Origin: a virus
Length of the DNA: 64,000 bases
Strand: one strand, 5' to 3'
Virus record (IMG/VR): IMGVR_UViG_3300045988_123588
The notes below the pieces were generated by a model. The model saw only the letters and a program-made list of their open reading frames with translations, searched no databases and was not told the DNA's origin. A program made the position numbers and the translations under genes. This document shows positions 1 through 9,605 of this stretch, piece after piece. Positions within the stretch are counted from its first letter, which is position 1, and every line of letters begins with the position of its first letter.

Positions 1-2
1 AG

Positions 3-188
3 ATGTTCTTAGAAGCCGAACCTTCAAAATTTGTGGGTAATAAAACCGAGTACTTGGAGGTATTCAAGGAATTAGCCTTGGGTAAGATGCCTTTAATTGT
101 AACGGATTACTCTCAGAAAGCTGGTACAGCTCTGGTAATAACCGATAATCAACCATGTGATGGCAAAACAGAGCAAAGAGAAAAGTAA
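3..188 (+). CDS. 3' end of a tail-module gene entering from upstream of the window (function unknown)
   Basis: ORF open to the window edge, co-directional with and overlapping the next tail gene. Confidence 0.35.
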   Translation: MFLEAEPSKFVGNKTEYLEVFKELALGKMPLIVTDYSQKAGTALVITDNQPCDGKTEQREK

Positions 189-1803
189 GCCTTGCTTACC
201 TTGTTACACAAAAATACAAAACTCTGAGGAGATAGACGATGGGTTAGTAGGAGTAAAGATACTTGAATTGACTCCAGAGAACCTTTCTAAACCTGCTCAG
301 GACTCTGATAGGTATAAGTTACAGATGATACCAGCTACTTTTGCAGAAGGTACTGCAATAGTTGGCTCAGCTACATTCTTAAACAAATACTCTCAGTTAG
401 TTGGTATAGCTAAGGCTATGTCAGGGGGTCCAAACTTTGTAGATACTCGTGATAACAAGATAGAGATACACAATGGAAAGCAGTCCGGTAAAACCGTATT
501 TGCATATACTTATGCTGGTGGAACTGGAGAATTGCTAGAGTTCAGGGTTCAAACTAAATACGTACAAAGTATAGAAGCTGGTAAAGCTTCAAGTATAGAC
601 CCTGATACTAAAACTGTGGAAACAGAGGTAGTTCAATGTATACCTACCAATGATGACCCATGTAAGCCAGATGCCTATGTAAGAAGGAATAAGCCTGAGA
701 TACTTATGGAGCCAAGAGATGTTACTCGAATGGCAAAGTTTGAAAGGGCTATAGTACCAAGTACCTCTACGTGTCGTCAGGTAAATAACCCATCTAAAAA
801 ACCTCCTGTATATAGTTCTATAACGGATGCGAAACAGAAGATAGCTTCAAACCCATCTCTAACTGAAGCTGAAGTTAAAGCTTACAACTCTCAAATAGAG
901 GCCGAGTGGAAAAAGTATCAAGATGGACTTAAGGAGTTTGAAGATGCAATACGTTCGGGTAAAACTGATGTAAGTCTTCCACAACCTCCAGATGAAGTAT
1001 CTAACTTTGTTATTCGGAGAAAAGTACTGGTAAAACTGAATCCCATAGATTATGCCCCTAACAGTAGTACAGCTTATTGGCAAAATAGGTGGAGACAAGG
1101 TTATAATGCTTTGAAAAAGAGAACTGACGTAAGCCTTGTTATTCAGAATCCCTCTCAAGAGAAACCATACGGAGACTATCCATATGACCATCCCGGTTCA
1201 GATCGTTCCAAGGTATTGGCCGAAATGGAAGTAGAGATACAAGTGCCCGGTGTACGAGTAGTAGCTGACCCTTTATTCATGACCATGGGAAGCTTTATGT
1301 CTAATGATATCATCGAATCGGTGAATAGTCAAATAAAGGCAAAAGCTAAGTTTGTAGGTAACCCTAACATGAAGTCTTCTCAAATCATCGAGATAAAGAA
1401 TGTTGGTAAAAAATACTCTGACGAATGGTATGCCAAAGAGGTTGAACATAGCTTTGATACTGGGGGATATTTTACTGAAGTTACTTTCGAGAAGAAGTCA
1501 CGTAATGCTATATTAAACCGTATATCTACTTCGGTAAACACTCAGGAAGTATTCCAAAAGGCTCACGACATAGCCGAGGAATCTTATACAACAGGTGCTT
1601 GGAAAATACCAAGTAAGATTAAGTCTGAGGTAGCTAGATATCGAGCTTCAACTTGGAAAGAGGAAGACAAAGAGAATCCTCAAAGAGCTGGTCGTCAAAT
1701 TGTGGTACGTCAGAATCCAGATAACCCCGCTGATTACAAGGTAGAGGTAGATTCAAGGACTGACTTTCAGGTTGGTAGGAACATAAGTCCAAGAGAACAA
1801 TGA
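157..1803 (+). CDS. baseplate hub / late-control-D (P2 gpD, Mu gp44)-like tail protein
   Basis: 548-aa ORF directly upstream of a spike-W-J-I gene order typical of P2/Mu-type baseplates; assigned by synteny only. Confidence 0.45.
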   Translation: MMAKQSKEKSKPCLPCYTKIQNSEEIDDGLVGVKILELTPENLSKPAQDSDRYKLQMIPATFAEGTAIVGSATFLNKYSQLVGIAKAMSGGPNFVDTRDNKIEIHNGKQSGKTVFAYTYAGGTGELLEFRVQTKYVQSIEAGKASSIDPDTKTVETEVVQCIPTNDDPCKPDAYVRRNKPEILMEPRDVTRMAKFERAIVPSTSTCRQVNNPSKKPPVYSSITDAKQKIASNPSLTEAEVKAYNSQIEAEWKKYQDGLKEFEDAIRSGKTDVSLPQPPDEVSNFVIRRKVLVKLNPIDYAPNSSTAYWQNRWRQGYNALKKRTDVSLVIQNPSQEKPYGDYPYDHPGSDRSKVLAEMEVEIQVPGVRVVADPLFMTMGSFMSNDIIESVNSQIKAKAKFVGNPNMKSSQIIEIKNVGKKYSDEWYAKEVEHSFDTGGYFTEVTFEKKSRNAILNRISTSVNTQEVFQKAHDIAEESYTTGAWKIPSKIKSEVARYRASTWKEEDKENPQRAGRQIVVRQNPDNPADYKVEVDSRTDFQVGRNISPREQ

Positions 1804-2495
1804 CCTTATATGAACTGATTCAACAGAGGGGTATAGAGGCTATTGGAAGGTTTTACTCTACTTACAGAGGTATAGTAATAACCTCAAATGACCCAGACTC
1901 TCAAAACAAGGTATGTGTACACCTTCCAAGTATCTTAAGAGGTGTAGAAGTATGGGCTTACCCAAAACACCAACAGGGAGGCCCAGGTTCTGGATTCAAA
2001 TGGTTGTCTCCCCGTGAGGGTTCTATAGTATACGTAGAATTTGAAAACGGAGACCCAAGACACCCTCTCTGGTCTTATCATGGATGGGCAATCGGAGAAA
2101 TGCCCCCAGAATTGGATAAGCCTAATGTATTGGGATTTATTACTCCTAAGGGTAATAAGATTATACTGGATGAAAGTGAATCGGGAATATTAACTGCAAT
2201 AATCCAACAAGATATAATTGTTAAGTCTCTAGACGGTAATATAAACGTCGATGCGAATAACATTATAATGCAAGGGGGAGAAGTTGGTATTCCTGAATCC
2301 AATTCAGTAGTGGAAAGATTAAACAAAATCGAGCAAGACCTAAATAAAATAAAGCAGACATTCACTAATTGGACACCTAAACCTCAAGACGGGGGTGCTG
2401 CTTTGAAAACTGCTGCTGCATCTTGGGCTGGTTCTAAACTGGAAGAGACTAAGGTGGAGGATATTGAAAGTGAAACAATTAAACAACCTAACTAA
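1800..2495 (+). CDS. baseplate central spike (P2 gpV / gp5 OB-fold-like)
   Basis: 231 aa; GSIVYVEFENGDPRHPLW resembles the gp5/VgrG/gpV OB-fold motif; ATGA start/stop overlap with upstream gene. Confidence 0.6.
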   Translation: MTLYELIQQRGIEAIGRFYSTYRGIVITSNDPDSQNKVCVHLPSILRGVEVWAYPKHQQGGPGSGFKWLSPREGSIVYVEFENGDPRHPLWSYHGWAIGEMPPELDKPNVLGFITPKGNKIILDESESGILTAIIQQDIIVKSLDGNINVDANNIIMQGGEVGIPESNSVVERLNKIEQDLNKIKQTFTNWTPKPQDGGAALKTAAASWAGSKLEETKVEDIESETIKQPN

Positions 2496-2971
2496 TGGCA
2501 AACTATAATCAACTCAACACTATTGGTAGTGGTGCCTATTTCCCTATAAAGCTTGAACAAGCAGTCGGGAGCGATGGGAAACCAGAATCAATACAGCTGC
2601 CAGACGGAAGAGTAGTACCAAAGATAGGATGGTATATACTCCGAGGAGATGTTGCTTTAATAAAGCAGAACCTCACAGCTATCCTAACCTATCAAATAGG
2701 CCAAAGGTTCAGACAAGAGGACTTTGGTTCTCGAACTTGGGAATGTTTGGAAGAACCTAATACAAGTGCTCTCAACCTCATGATTAAAAATTTCGTGAAG
2801 GATGGCATAGCAGCCTGGGAACCAAGGATAACGGCATTAAAGGTATTTGCTCTGAAACCCACTAAGGAATCTATAAGACTCCTGATATATTTCAAGGTGC
2901 AGAACTCTCAGAGGGTAGAAGAGTTAAACTTCCAGTATAACTTAAATAATTCCACAACAAATGTCTACTAG
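2495..2971 (+). CDS. baseplate wedge protein, GPW/gp25-like
   Basis: 158 aa; IGSGAYFPI ... YQIGQRFRQEDFGS pattern of the gp25/W family; position after spike. Confidence 0.7.
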   Translation: MANYNQLNTIGSGAYFPIKLEQAVGSDGKPESIQLPDGRVVPKIGWYILRGDVALIKQNLTAILTYQIGQRFRQEDFGSRTWECLEEPNTSALNLMIKNFVKDGIAAWEPRITALKVFALKPTKESIRLLIYFKVQNSQRVEELNFQYNLNNSTTNVY

Positions 2972-4736
2972 CAACCCATGGCTAACTCCCTTTCAGAGGT
3001 CATACAATGACATAAAAGCCAAACTGATTCAATCTCTGAATGAAAGGGTTCCAGAGATAACGGATATGAGTGAAGGTAATATATTCATACTTACACTCTC
3101 AATCTTTGCAGGTATTGCTGAGGTGATACACTACTACATTGATGGCATGGCAAGAGAAGCTTTCCTTCCAACTTGCAGAAGGTATTCATCATTGTACAAA
3201 CATGCTAAGCTGGTAGATTACCACATAAAATCAGCTATCCCATCTTCAGTAGACTTAACGGTATATATGCAAGACGGGAGTCCTTTCCCGGTAGATATAC
3301 AAGTACCACAGAACACGATATTCAATTCAAAGGATGGTAAGCAGTGGATAACTACTCGCAATGTAACTATCGAAAGAGGTACATATACTTATAAAGTACC
3401 GGTAGCTCAGAAAGAAGCTGTGGAAGAAGTGGAACTGGGTACTTATACATCTCATGACATTATCATAACCTTGGGAGACTTGCCTACGGATAAGAAATAT
3501 GTAGAGGGTTCTATGGTACTCACTGTTGGTGGAGAGGCATGGACTTTGGTAGATACTTTTGCTTATTCAGGTCCAGGTGATAAGGTATACAAGGTGGAAC
3601 TTGATACTACTCTCATTCCGTATCTGGTATTTGGTGATGGTCAGTTCGGTAGGAAACCGACTATAGGTTCACTCATTAAGGGGCAGTATTATCTAACCTA
3701 CGGTGCAAATGGTAATATACCAGCAAACCAGTTTGATAAAGTTCCTGAGGTAATGGCTGATGTAACTTCTGGTCTTACTCTTACCAATACCATAGCTGCT
3801 ACAGGAGGTTCAGACTATGAGGACTTCGATACACTTAAAGAACACATCCCATTGAGTATAAAAACTCTTGGAGTAGCTATCACTAAGGAAGATTATGAAG
3901 CCATAGCTATGTTGATAGACGGGGTAGATAAGGCTTACTGCAATTACATTTGCGGAAAGTATGTAGAAGTATATATCACTCCAGACGGTGGTTCAGAGGC
4001 AAGTACTGAACTTATCAATAATGTAAGGCAAAGGATGGAATCATCCAAGGTATTAACTACTCGAGTAAGTGTATACTCTACACATGCAGCTAAGATTTAT
4101 TTATCAGCTGAAATAACCGGTAGGAAGTCTTTCAAATCTATAGATATAAGCAATCAGGTAAAGAAGGCCTTACTGGATGCTTATAACTATCAGAACTCTG
4201 ATATCAATAAACCGGTAAGACAATCAGATTTGTACGCTCTTATGGATAATCAACCAATGGTTGACTTCCTTACCATAACTGAACTGTACTTACTGCCATA
4301 TCCGATAGCCATAAATATTAACTCTCAGAATACGGAAGAGATAGTATCAGTGCCAGCACTGAATATCACCTATTTCAAGATGATATCCTTTACAACTTCT
4401 ACTCCGGAATCTGACTTCGAGAATTGTTACATACAGACCGTAATAGAAAACGGTAATGCCTTCTATAAGGTGTATGCTAACAAGGACTTATCGGGTAATG
4501 CTCTATACTCTGGTAAGTACGGTAAACCTCTTGAGGTAACTCTGACTAAGTCAAAGTTCAGCCTTACTATTAACTTACCGGTTGAAAACGCAAACTACGA
4601 AAACGGAACTGTATATCAATTAACTACCCAACCCATGGGAAGTAATGGTAGATTGGTAGACCTGATTCCACACAACTACAATATCCCTACTATCAGTTCG
4701 GATAACATAACACTCATAATCAATGAAGTGGTTTAA
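2961..4736 (+). CDS. baseplate J-like protein
   Basis: 591 aa; N-terminal ITDMSEGNIF...AEVIHYYIDGMAREAFLPT resembles the Baseplate_J family; follows the W-like gene. Confidence 0.6.
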   Translation: MSTSNPWLTPFQRSYNDIKAKLIQSLNERVPEITDMSEGNIFILTLSIFAGIAEVIHYYIDGMAREAFLPTCRRYSSLYKHAKLVDYHIKSAIPSSVDLTVYMQDGSPFPVDIQVPQNTIFNSKDGKQWITTRNVTIERGTYTYKVPVAQKEAVEEVELGTYTSHDIIITLGDLPTDKKYVEGSMVLTVGGEAWTLVDTFAYSGPGDKVYKVELDTTLIPYLVFGDGQFGRKPTIGSLIKGQYYLTYGANGNIPANQFDKVPEVMADVTSGLTLTNTIAATGGSDYEDFDTLKEHIPLSIKTLGVAITKEDYEAIAMLIDGVDKAYCNYICGKYVEVYITPDGGSEASTELINNVRQRMESSKVLTTRVSVYSTHAAKIYLSAEITGRKSFKSIDISNQVKKALLDAYNYQNSDINKPVRQSDLYALMDNQPMVDFLTITELYLLPYPIAININSQNTEEIVSVPALNITYFKMISFTTSTPESDFENCYIQTVIENGNAFYKVYANKDLSGNALYSGKYGKPLEVTLTKSKFSLTINLPVENANYENGTVYQLTTQPMGSNGRLVDLIPHNYNIPTISSDNITLIINEVV

Positions 4737-5619
4737 TCCAGCGAAGACATTCTTCAGGGATTACATCTTCAGTAACCTTTTTGACCATTACTACAAAGCC
4801 AATGATACTTATCAAGATTCAGAAGGCAAGGGTATATTCGAAAGGTTCATAGATGTATGTTCTGGCTATTTCGATACTGAGGTAATGCCCGATATAGATA
4901 ACTTCATGGAATGTTTGGATGTGGATAAAGCCAATCCTATATTCCTGAACTATCTATGGGAATACTTTGGGTTCATTCCTTATGCTTATGGCGTATTAAC
5001 TAAGGGAGAGCCCTATACAGAGGAGAATCTAGAGAATTGGATAAAAGAGGACAGGGGTTTTCCCACTGCGGATTACCGGTTAGTTCTAAGATACGCCATA
5101 TCTTTGTACAAGATAAGAGGTACTCGACGGTTTTATGAAATATTGGGCCGTTTTTACGGAGTGACCTTTACACTAACTGAAGTAGATGAAAGTACCAAAG
5201 CTTCGGTAGCTAAAGCTATAGGTGATGGTTCTGTAAACTATGACACTATCTCTCATTTCGATACTCCTTCAGCTACTTATGATACCGAGACAGATTGTTG
5301 GGAATGTGTCCCAATGATTCTTACTATTGGTATACCAAAGGGTCAGTGGGACTTTATGGTAAGGAAAGACCAAGAGATTCAAGAACAATTATTGGAAGAG
5401 TGGAAGTTGATGAATCCCGACGCAACCGAAGAAGAGATAGAGGCTGAAAGGGAATCGATACAATCAGAACATCCCTCTGACTATAGTGATAAAGTAAGGG
5501 AAACTCTGGTAAACATTGTCAATAAGTACCTACCCGTAAATGTAAAATATTTTGAACCAAAAGACAGTTCTGTAGTATTTGAACAAACTACTGCCGTAAT
5601 TTATATTGTATATGCTTAA
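4723..5619 (+). CDS. tail protein, P2 gpI-like
   Basis: 298 aa after the J-like gene; LRYAISLYKIRGTRRFYEILGRFYG resembles the gpI motif. Confidence 0.45.
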   Translation: MKWFNPAKTFFRDYIFSNLFDHYYKANDTYQDSEGKGIFERFIDVCSGYFDTEVMPDIDNFMECLDVDKANPIFLNYLWEYFGFIPYAYGVLTKGEPYTEENLENWIKEDRGFPTADYRLVLRYAISLYKIRGTRRFYEILGRFYGVTFTLTEVDESTKASVAKAIGDGSVNYDTISHFDTPSATYDTETDCWECVPMILTIGIPKGQWDFMVRKDQEIQEQLLEEWKLMNPDATEEEIEAERESIQSEHPSDYSDKVRETLVNIVNKYLPVNVKYFEPKDSSVVFEQTTAVIYIVYA

Positions 5620-6256
5620 CACACCTCTAATAGCTCTACTACTTTCTCTTGCTCAAGAAGACCCCAAACTAGACAATGCCGTTCAATCTTTAACCAAATC
5701 TTCGATTGAATTGGCTGAAGCTGCCTCAAATTATGGGGCACTTAAAGTGATATTCGGTATATTCATGGTATTGGTTCTTGTAATGGTAGTAATGTTTATA
5801 TATACCATCTGGAACTTAAATAAAAAGGTATCGGTAGTCTCTGAATCCTCTCAACAAGTGAAGGAGTTCTTCGATGGGGCCGCTGACTCTACCATTGGGA
5901 TAACTGAAGCTCAGATACTGATACGCAGAGAATTTAATTGCTTAGGACATATCCTTAAATATGCGATACTGCGTATACGATTTGAAAATCATATCGACAA
6001 CAAAGAGTCAGTCGTAAAGAAAGTAGATAGTTTGGTAAATAATGAGTATTCCGAACTATGTGGGATGCTATCAAACTTCACCTGTAATGGTAAATCTCTG
6101 GCAAATATCTTTGAGCCTCAAGATAATGAAGCAATAAAAGATATGGTAATTGAACAGATATATATACCAAAGGACCAATTTACAATTTCTAGTATGGACC
6201 AATCGGTTGGTATGTATCTAAACGGGTTAAAACTAATGTACCTTAAAAAATTATAG
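5606..6256 (+). CDS. membrane protein (one strong TM helix), possible holin or lysis accessory by position
   Basis: 216 aa; hydrophobic stretch VIFGIFMVLVLVMVVMFIYTIW; immediately upstream of the amidase. Confidence 0.45.
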   Translation: MYMLNTPLIALLLSLAQEDPKLDNAVQSLTKSSIELAEAASNYGALKVIFGIFMVLVLVMVVMFIYTIWNLNKKVSVVSESSQQVKEFFDGAADSTIGITEAQILIRREFNCLGHILKYAILRIRFENHIDNKESVVKKVDSLVNNEYSELCGMLSNFTCNGKSLANIFEPQDNEAIKDMVIEQIYIPKDQFTISSMDQSVGMYLNGLKLMYLKKL

Positions 6257-6258
6257 CT

Positions 6259-6885
6259 ATGGCACGAAGATTATTGCCTATCATTGACTTTGCGCACGGG
6301 TCAGATGTAGCGGGGAAACAATCTCCCGACGGTAGACATAAGGAATACCTGTGGAGTAGAAAAGTAGGTAAGATGTTGGCAGAACGTCTTAAACAAGAAG
6401 GATTTGAAGTAGCGTTCACCAATACTAAGGACACCGAAATTGGGCTGTCTAGAAGAAAAGAAATTGCAAATAATTTAGATACTCCCCGAGGGGGTGCAAA
6501 GTTTCTGCTTTCACTCCATAACAATGCTGCAGGTATGGGGAATGAATGGTGCGCTGCAAGGGGTTTTGAAATATATACCACCAAAGGACAAACTCGTTCG
6601 GATTTATTTGCCACGGTAATATTCGAACAATTACAGGAAGACTTTCCTACTACAGACGGTTATAAACATCGTATGGACCCATCAGATGGTGACCCTGATA
6701 AGGAAGCTAACTTCACAGTACTGATGGGCAACAACTACTGGGGAGTACTTCTCGAGTGGTTATTCCAGGATAACCCAGATGATGTGGCTTTACTTGAGGA
6801 TGACTCAGTAAATCACAAACTGGTGGAGTCATTAACCAAGGCTTTAATCTTCATAGATGAAAATCTTGATAAGTTAAAAATCTAA
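6259..6885 (+). CDS. N-acetylmuramoyl-L-alanine amidase (Amidase_3-type endolysin)
   Basis: IIDFAHGSDVAGKQSPDG and LSLHNNAAG match the IDPGHGGxDxG and SIHxNA motifs of Amidase_3. Confidence 0.75.
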   Translation: MARRLLPIIDFAHGSDVAGKQSPDGRHKEYLWSRKVGKMLAERLKQEGFEVAFTNTKDTEIGLSRRKEIANNLDTPRGGAKFLLSLHNNAAGMGNEWCAARGFEIYTTKGQTRSDLFATVIFEQLQEDFPTTDGYKHRMDPSDGDPDKEANFTVLMGNNYWGVLLEWLFQDNPDDVALLEDDSVNHKLVESLTKALIFIDENLDKLKI

Positions 6886-6887
6886 CT

Positions 6888-8717
6888 ATGGCACAGAATA
6901 ATGTAACTGAAGTAGTAAATGGGATAGTACAACCAAGATTCTATCAAGTCTATGGAGACTTAATAGAATCTAAAGAGGTTATGGAACCTCTTGCTATAAT
7001 GGCTGGTACAGGTCCTATTTGCGGCTTCGATTGGGTAGATACTACCCAACAGAACGTAACCATAACCAGTGTATTCAAAAGACCGGGTACATTACCTTCG
7101 GGAATGAGTAATATACTGGGCCGGGCTCGTAGAGTATTCCTTTCTAATAAGGATAATACTGCAGGCCAGGTGTTCAATGCTTACACTACTCCCGACGGAT
7201 TATGTCACATTGCCCCTGACGTACTAACCTTTAATGGAGTACAACCATCTGGAGGGTGGCCAAATCTGAGCAATCCTCAGAAGTTGGTAGCATTTGCTGT
7301 AAAAGCTACCCATACATATCGTCCAGATGGAAGTGAGAATCCTCCAAGTGTAACCAACTTCACCTGTGGTTGGTTAACATTTGACGATATATATGGTATC
7401 GAGGAAATTCTCTCTTGGGGATACGAGAGGATGTTAGAACTCCTGGCTGATTCAGGAATGCCTTTCAACAAGAATGTAGATTCTCTCATAGGAGTATACT
7501 TAGTTGGATGGAGACCCGAATGGAATAGTGACCCAAACAGTCAAAGATATAAGTCTATCATGGCTTCACTGAATTACACTTTGTGTTTGGTACCAACACA
7601 GGGTCAGTTCCCGGTGAAACCGTATGGGCTTAACCCTTTGGATATACTTGACCTCAAGAATAGGGTAAAGGTATTGGAACAGAGTACTATCCCTGTAGAA
7701 GTAGGTGATTTGACCGCTCAGGTATCAAACCTTATGAAATCCCTTGGTCAAGTAGTGGAAGTAGAAGTAACTAAAACTGGGTCCGATGGTGAAGACGATG
7801 TATATACATTTACTAAACTGAATGTTAACGGTTCAAAATTTGTCACGGACTCACCCATAGAAAAGAAACTTCACTGGCAATGGATTGAAGGTGCTGATGC
7901 CGCTGGTATATTTATATCTCCCGATATAGATATATCAAAACCAACTACAGTTCCTTCTAACAAGTGGGAGTTAGGTACAGTATTGTTTGGGATAAATGAG
8001 CAAGGGGCGATGATATATGAAAATATCAGTACTCCTTATCAACATGACGATTGGAAATTTGCTGGGTGTATCATGCTACAATTAAGCCCAAATGAAAACG
8101 ATTCTTCGTGTATCCCGACCGGATTTTATCATCCCACTAATCCCGATGCTGCTATGGGTTGGAGAATGGCTATTGCCATGAAGAGATTGATGGGTAGTAA
8201 GTCTATGTACTATGAGACTGCCGATAGTGGTCTGTTGAATTTCAACCCGAGTTCTGCAACTGACCATTATGCTTATGTAAAAGCTATAATGGGTGTAAAT
8301 ACTTTAACCTTGAGAGTAGTAGTATGCCTCTTGAATCAGGGTACAGCTAACGCATCTTTGAATTACAATTTGGCTATGTTATTCCAAAAAAATTCCAAGA
8401 TGAGTAGAATGATGGGCGAGATACTTAGGTTGAAGAATAATTCCGAGAGTATTACTCGCATATTCATGTCAATGCCAACTACTTTCAAAGCCAAAGATAT
8501 TGAACTAGAGTTGGCTGAGAATATGGATTGTGAGTTCCAAAAGTATTCTGCATATTTATCCATAGCTAACAACACAGCTAATATAGTGGTAAGTCTAAGG
8601 GGTATGACTAAGGCAACCGGAGCTCAAGAATATATCGAATTAGGTCATGAGATAACTATACCTATCCATGACATAACCGAGGATTTATATAATCGGACAT
8701 TATCTGGTGAAATGTAA
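6888..8717 (+). CDS. tail fibre / receptor-binding protein candidate
   Basis: 609-aa ORF, last gene of the baseplate operon, followed by a terminator; no motif recognised. Confidence 0.35.
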   Translation: MAQNNVTEVVNGIVQPRFYQVYGDLIESKEVMEPLAIMAGTGPICGFDWVDTTQQNVTITSVFKRPGTLPSGMSNILGRARRVFLSNKDNTAGQVFNAYTTPDGLCHIAPDVLTFNGVQPSGGWPNLSNPQKLVAFAVKATHTYRPDGSENPPSVTNFTCGWLTFDDIYGIEEILSWGYERMLELLADSGMPFNKNVDSLIGVYLVGWRPEWNSDPNSQRYKSIMASLNYTLCLVPTQGQFPVKPYGLNPLDILDLKNRVKVLEQSTIPVEVGDLTAQVSNLMKSLGQVVEVEVTKTGSDGEDDVYTFTKLNVNGSKFVTDSPIEKKLHWQWIEGADAAGIFISPDIDISKPTTVPSNKWELGTVLFGINEQGAMIYENISTPYQHDDWKFAGCIMLQLSPNENDSSCIPTGFYHPTNPDAAMGWRMAIAMKRLMGSKSMYYETADSGLLNFNPSSATDHYAYVKAIMGVNTLTLRVVVCLLNQGTANASLNYNLAMLFQKNSKMSRMMGEILRLKNNSESITRIFMSMPTTFKAKDIELELAENMDCEFQKYSAYLSIANNTANIVVSLRGMTKATGAQEYIELGHEITIPIHDITEDLYNRTLSGEM

Positions 8718-8744
8718 ACTGAACCATAGTTGAGTTGGTTAAGT

Positions 8745-8788
8745 GGGGCCGGGGTGAGGTTAGCAATAACCTTGCTCTGGCCTTTTTT
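8745..8788 (+). terminator. imperfect GC-rich hairpin plus T6 between convergent genes
   Basis: GGCCGGGGTGAGGTT...AACCTTGCTCTGGCC followed by TTTTTT. Confidence 0.55.
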
Positions 8789-9435
8789 CATTGTTTAAGG
8801 TCTAAGGCAGCTTGTTCTAAAGTTTTCTGTATGGTCTTTCTCATTCTGGAGAACATGTTAACTGCAAACTTATCTCGAGGCAACTCAAAGTAATCTATCA
8901 AGTGAAGGATAGATAACTTACCATGAGAATCTTTGATACGGGACTCAAACCATTTAGGAGGCTCAAGCTGTATCTGCATTACTAAGTATTCATCAGGAGT
9001 GAGATGCTCCTTCATGTACTGATGAAATCTTTGAGATTGTTCCTCTTTAATCCGAGTCTCATCAGAATCATCAAGTAGCTCTTTATTATTGTCAAATAAG
9101 ACTTCAAATGAAGTTAACTCTTGATTGAACTCTGCTTGCTTGGTATAAGCATTCCTCAGTAACTTACTTTTATAAGTTTGCAGGGAAGATAGGAGAGTTG
9201 CTTTTAACCTTTCCTCATCATATTCGTCTTGGTATTTATTAAATACATACAAGAACTTATCCCAGAAGAAGGAGTTAATAATATCTGGCGTGAGATTGAA
9301 TCTTCTAGAATCAACTCCCCTTGTCAGTCTACGGATTAATGGTTTGCAGGTTTTATATAACCTATTAAACAAATCCTCATCATAAGGTTTTAATTCTGTT
9401 AAACGATGTAGTTCACTTCCGTTGTTGCCTTTCAT
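8788..9435 (-). CDS. sigma-70-family (ECF-like) sigma factor candidate
   Basis: Region-2-like DLFNRLYKTCKPLIRRLTR...DIINSFFWDKF and region-4-like C-terminus FSRMRKTIQKTLEQA. Start moved to MKGNNGS because a TATATTTG -7 box lies about 25 nt upstream. Confidence 0.5.
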   Translation of the reverse strand: MKGNNGSELHRLTELKPYDEDLFNRLYKTCKPLIRRLTRGVDSRRFNLTPDIINSFFWDKFLYVFNKYQDEYDEERLKATLLSSLQTYKSKLLRNAYTKQAEFNQELTSFEVLFDNNKELLDDSDETRIKEEQSQRFHQYMKEHLTPDEYLVMQIQLEPPKWFESRIKDSHGKLSILHLIDYFELPRDKFAVNMFSRMRKTIQKTLEQAALDLKQ

Positions 9436-9458
9436 AGTAGTAAAGATTTTTAACAATG

Positions 9459-9466
9459 CAAATATA
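9459..9466 (-). promoter_or_regulatory. -7 box TATATTTG (Bacteroidota type) for the sigma-like gene
   Basis: Minus-strand TATATTTG about 25 nt upstream of the ATG at 9435; no well-spaced -33 TTTG. Confidence 0.4.
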
Positions 9467-9605
9467 AATAATAAAGTAACAACTTGTATGAATTTTATCA
9501 AAATTATTTCACCGTCTGTGTTCAAGTATGTTCAAAGATGAGCTTGGAGAACTATATTATCTAGCAGATACTATTGATTATACACTCATGAATATTATAT
9601 AATAT

